A DNA stretch of 64,000 bases from Felis catus. Taxonomy: Eukaryota. This document shows positions 62,561-64,000 of the stretch, in pieces. A program made the translations under genes and the position numbers. Below the pieces are notes generated by a model. That model was not told the DNA's origin. It saw nothing but the letters and a program-made list of their open reading frames with translations, and did not search any database. The stretch covers positions 115,508,001-115,572,000 of the forward strand of contig NC_058373.1 of NCBI RefSeq assembly GCF_018350175.1. The letters are read 5' to 3'. The stretch's first letter is position 1, and every line of letters starts with the position of its first letter.

Positions 62561-63659
62561 CAAGAAAAACATTTTGAATACAGAAACGGAAGATAAGGCA
62601 AAATAAAAGATCAATTTAAGGTTTCACACTGGATGATGGAGGTGGGGGATGATGGCGCACTAGACAGAAAGAGGGACCTTCCAGAAAAGGAGAAGGACTT
62701 GGCTTTGGTGAATAAACATGAGGCTCTCAATGTGGGCCTGCTGACTTGTATGGTTAGCCATAAAGGAGCAGGGCCCAGGAGTCACAGATTTGGGATTTAC
62801 ACACAAAGAAGAGATCTTTGAAGCCATCTGCATAGATGGCATCTTCAATATCGAATTTAGATAGAAGAGCAGCTGACAGAGGCTTCTGCATGTAGAAAGT
62901 TTTCCCAATTATCCAGATAATTCAGGTCTAAGCGAGGTTTTTTTCCCCCTTAATTTTCTGAATAATTGTCTCCGTTGCTTCTGACTTTGAAGATCTGCTG
63001 TGTGGTTTTTTTTTCTTCTCCTAATGACTATTTCTCCTTTTTTTGAGCATATTTTCCTAACTCCAGCTGTTAATTACCTCATCACACAATCAGGCCATTG
63101 TGACTTCTGCAGGCTGCTTTATGCAGCAAGATGCTTATTTTTCTATTGGCTTCTACTGTTTTCCCCCAAAAGATCATTTCTTTGGCCAACACATTGACTG
63201 GCTATTGATCCATCCACATTTTACCAGATACATTCTTGCTTACTCTCACTCCTGCCTCCTGTAAGTTGATTTTCCATATAAAGTCTGTGTTCTGAATTTT
63301 CTTCTCCTCCATTTCCAGTGACTCTTTGTGAGTCCTCAAACATATTACATAATATGGACACATCCTTACACCTGCTTGTCGAGTCCAAAAGCACTGGCCC
63401 TTCACAAGGACTACATTTTACCCCTCGAACCTAAAATCAGCCAATATTTTCCTAATTGGAGTGTAAAGGTTTATTTAGTGAAATCGCAATTGTTTTTCAG
63501 GGTTGAAATATAAATGCATGAGCACTTTGTGAATCTCAGAATGTACTTTCCTATTCAGGACAGAGTCTTTGGTCTTTGGAAAGAATGTGTTGTATATAGT
63601 GGTCCTTACTCTAAATACATCCCCTGTACTAAATTTTTGCTCCTTATGGAATTACCACA

Positions 63660-63865
63660 GGGGCGCCTGGGTGGCTCAGTCAGTTGAGCGTCCGACTCTT
63701 GGTTTTGGCTCATGTCACGATCTCGTGGTTAATGAGATCAAGCCCCGCATCGGGTTCTGCGTTGACAGTGCAGATCCTGCTTGGGATTCTCTCTCTGCTT
63801 CTCTCTCTGCCCTTTCCCCACTCCCACACGCTCTCTCTCAAAATACATAAGTAAATATGTTTAAA
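63660..63865 (+). mobile_element. CAN-SINE
   Basis: Head ggggcgcctgggtggctcagtc and CT tract. Confidence 0.85.
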
Positions 63866-64000
63866 AGGGAGCGAATGACTACAATACATCCCTGATGAAT
63901 TTGTACAGTTGGAAGTAGATTTGCCGTTGAAGTGTGAAGCTGATCTCAGTTGCTTGAGTTGCCCTGGTCAATTCTGAAAGTCCCTACATGTAGCAAAAAC

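Larger units (their letters stand above)
30922..64000 (-). other. SLC8A3: Large SLC8A3 intron upstream of exon A (continues beyond the window)
   Basis: No further NCX-coding sequence is seen. SLC8 genes have a very long intron after the large first coding exon. Confidence 0.85.

Overview
This is felid (cat-like) genomic DNA, judged from the many young SINEC_Fc-type CAN-SINEs and carnivore L1. It holds the 3' part of SLC8A3 (Na+/Ca2+ exchanger NCX3) on the minus strand. In transcript order the exons are: mutually exclusive CBD2 exons A (30815-30921, 107 nt) and B (28147-28250, 104 nt), 18-nt microexon C (23149-23166, ALLLSP), three constitutive exons (19080-19204, 18439-18538, 16516-16791), and the terminal exon (CDS 13530-13906, ~1.7 kb 3'UTR, AATAAA at 11816-11821). 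All of 30922-64000 appears to be one large intron whose upstream exon lies beyond the window. Positions 1-11.8 kb are repeat-rich intergenic DNA, including a decayed LTR33/ERVL provirus. Unexplained structures: (1) a 209-bp inverted repeat with 100% identical arms around a 1118-bp intronic spacer (51414-52949); (2) a 39-bp hairpin, fully paired only in the SLC8A3 pre-mRNA sense, between exons B and C (26166-26255); (3) a candidate splicing-control module around exons A/B/C, with a bipartite QKI site, a distant TACTAAC branch point with an AG-exclusion zone leading to a cryptic poison acceptor, and RBFOX, SRRM4 and MBNL motifs; (4) a cluster of apparent substitutions in the alpha-2 repeat. Repeat family names and comparisons to human NCX3 are from memory, not from a database search.
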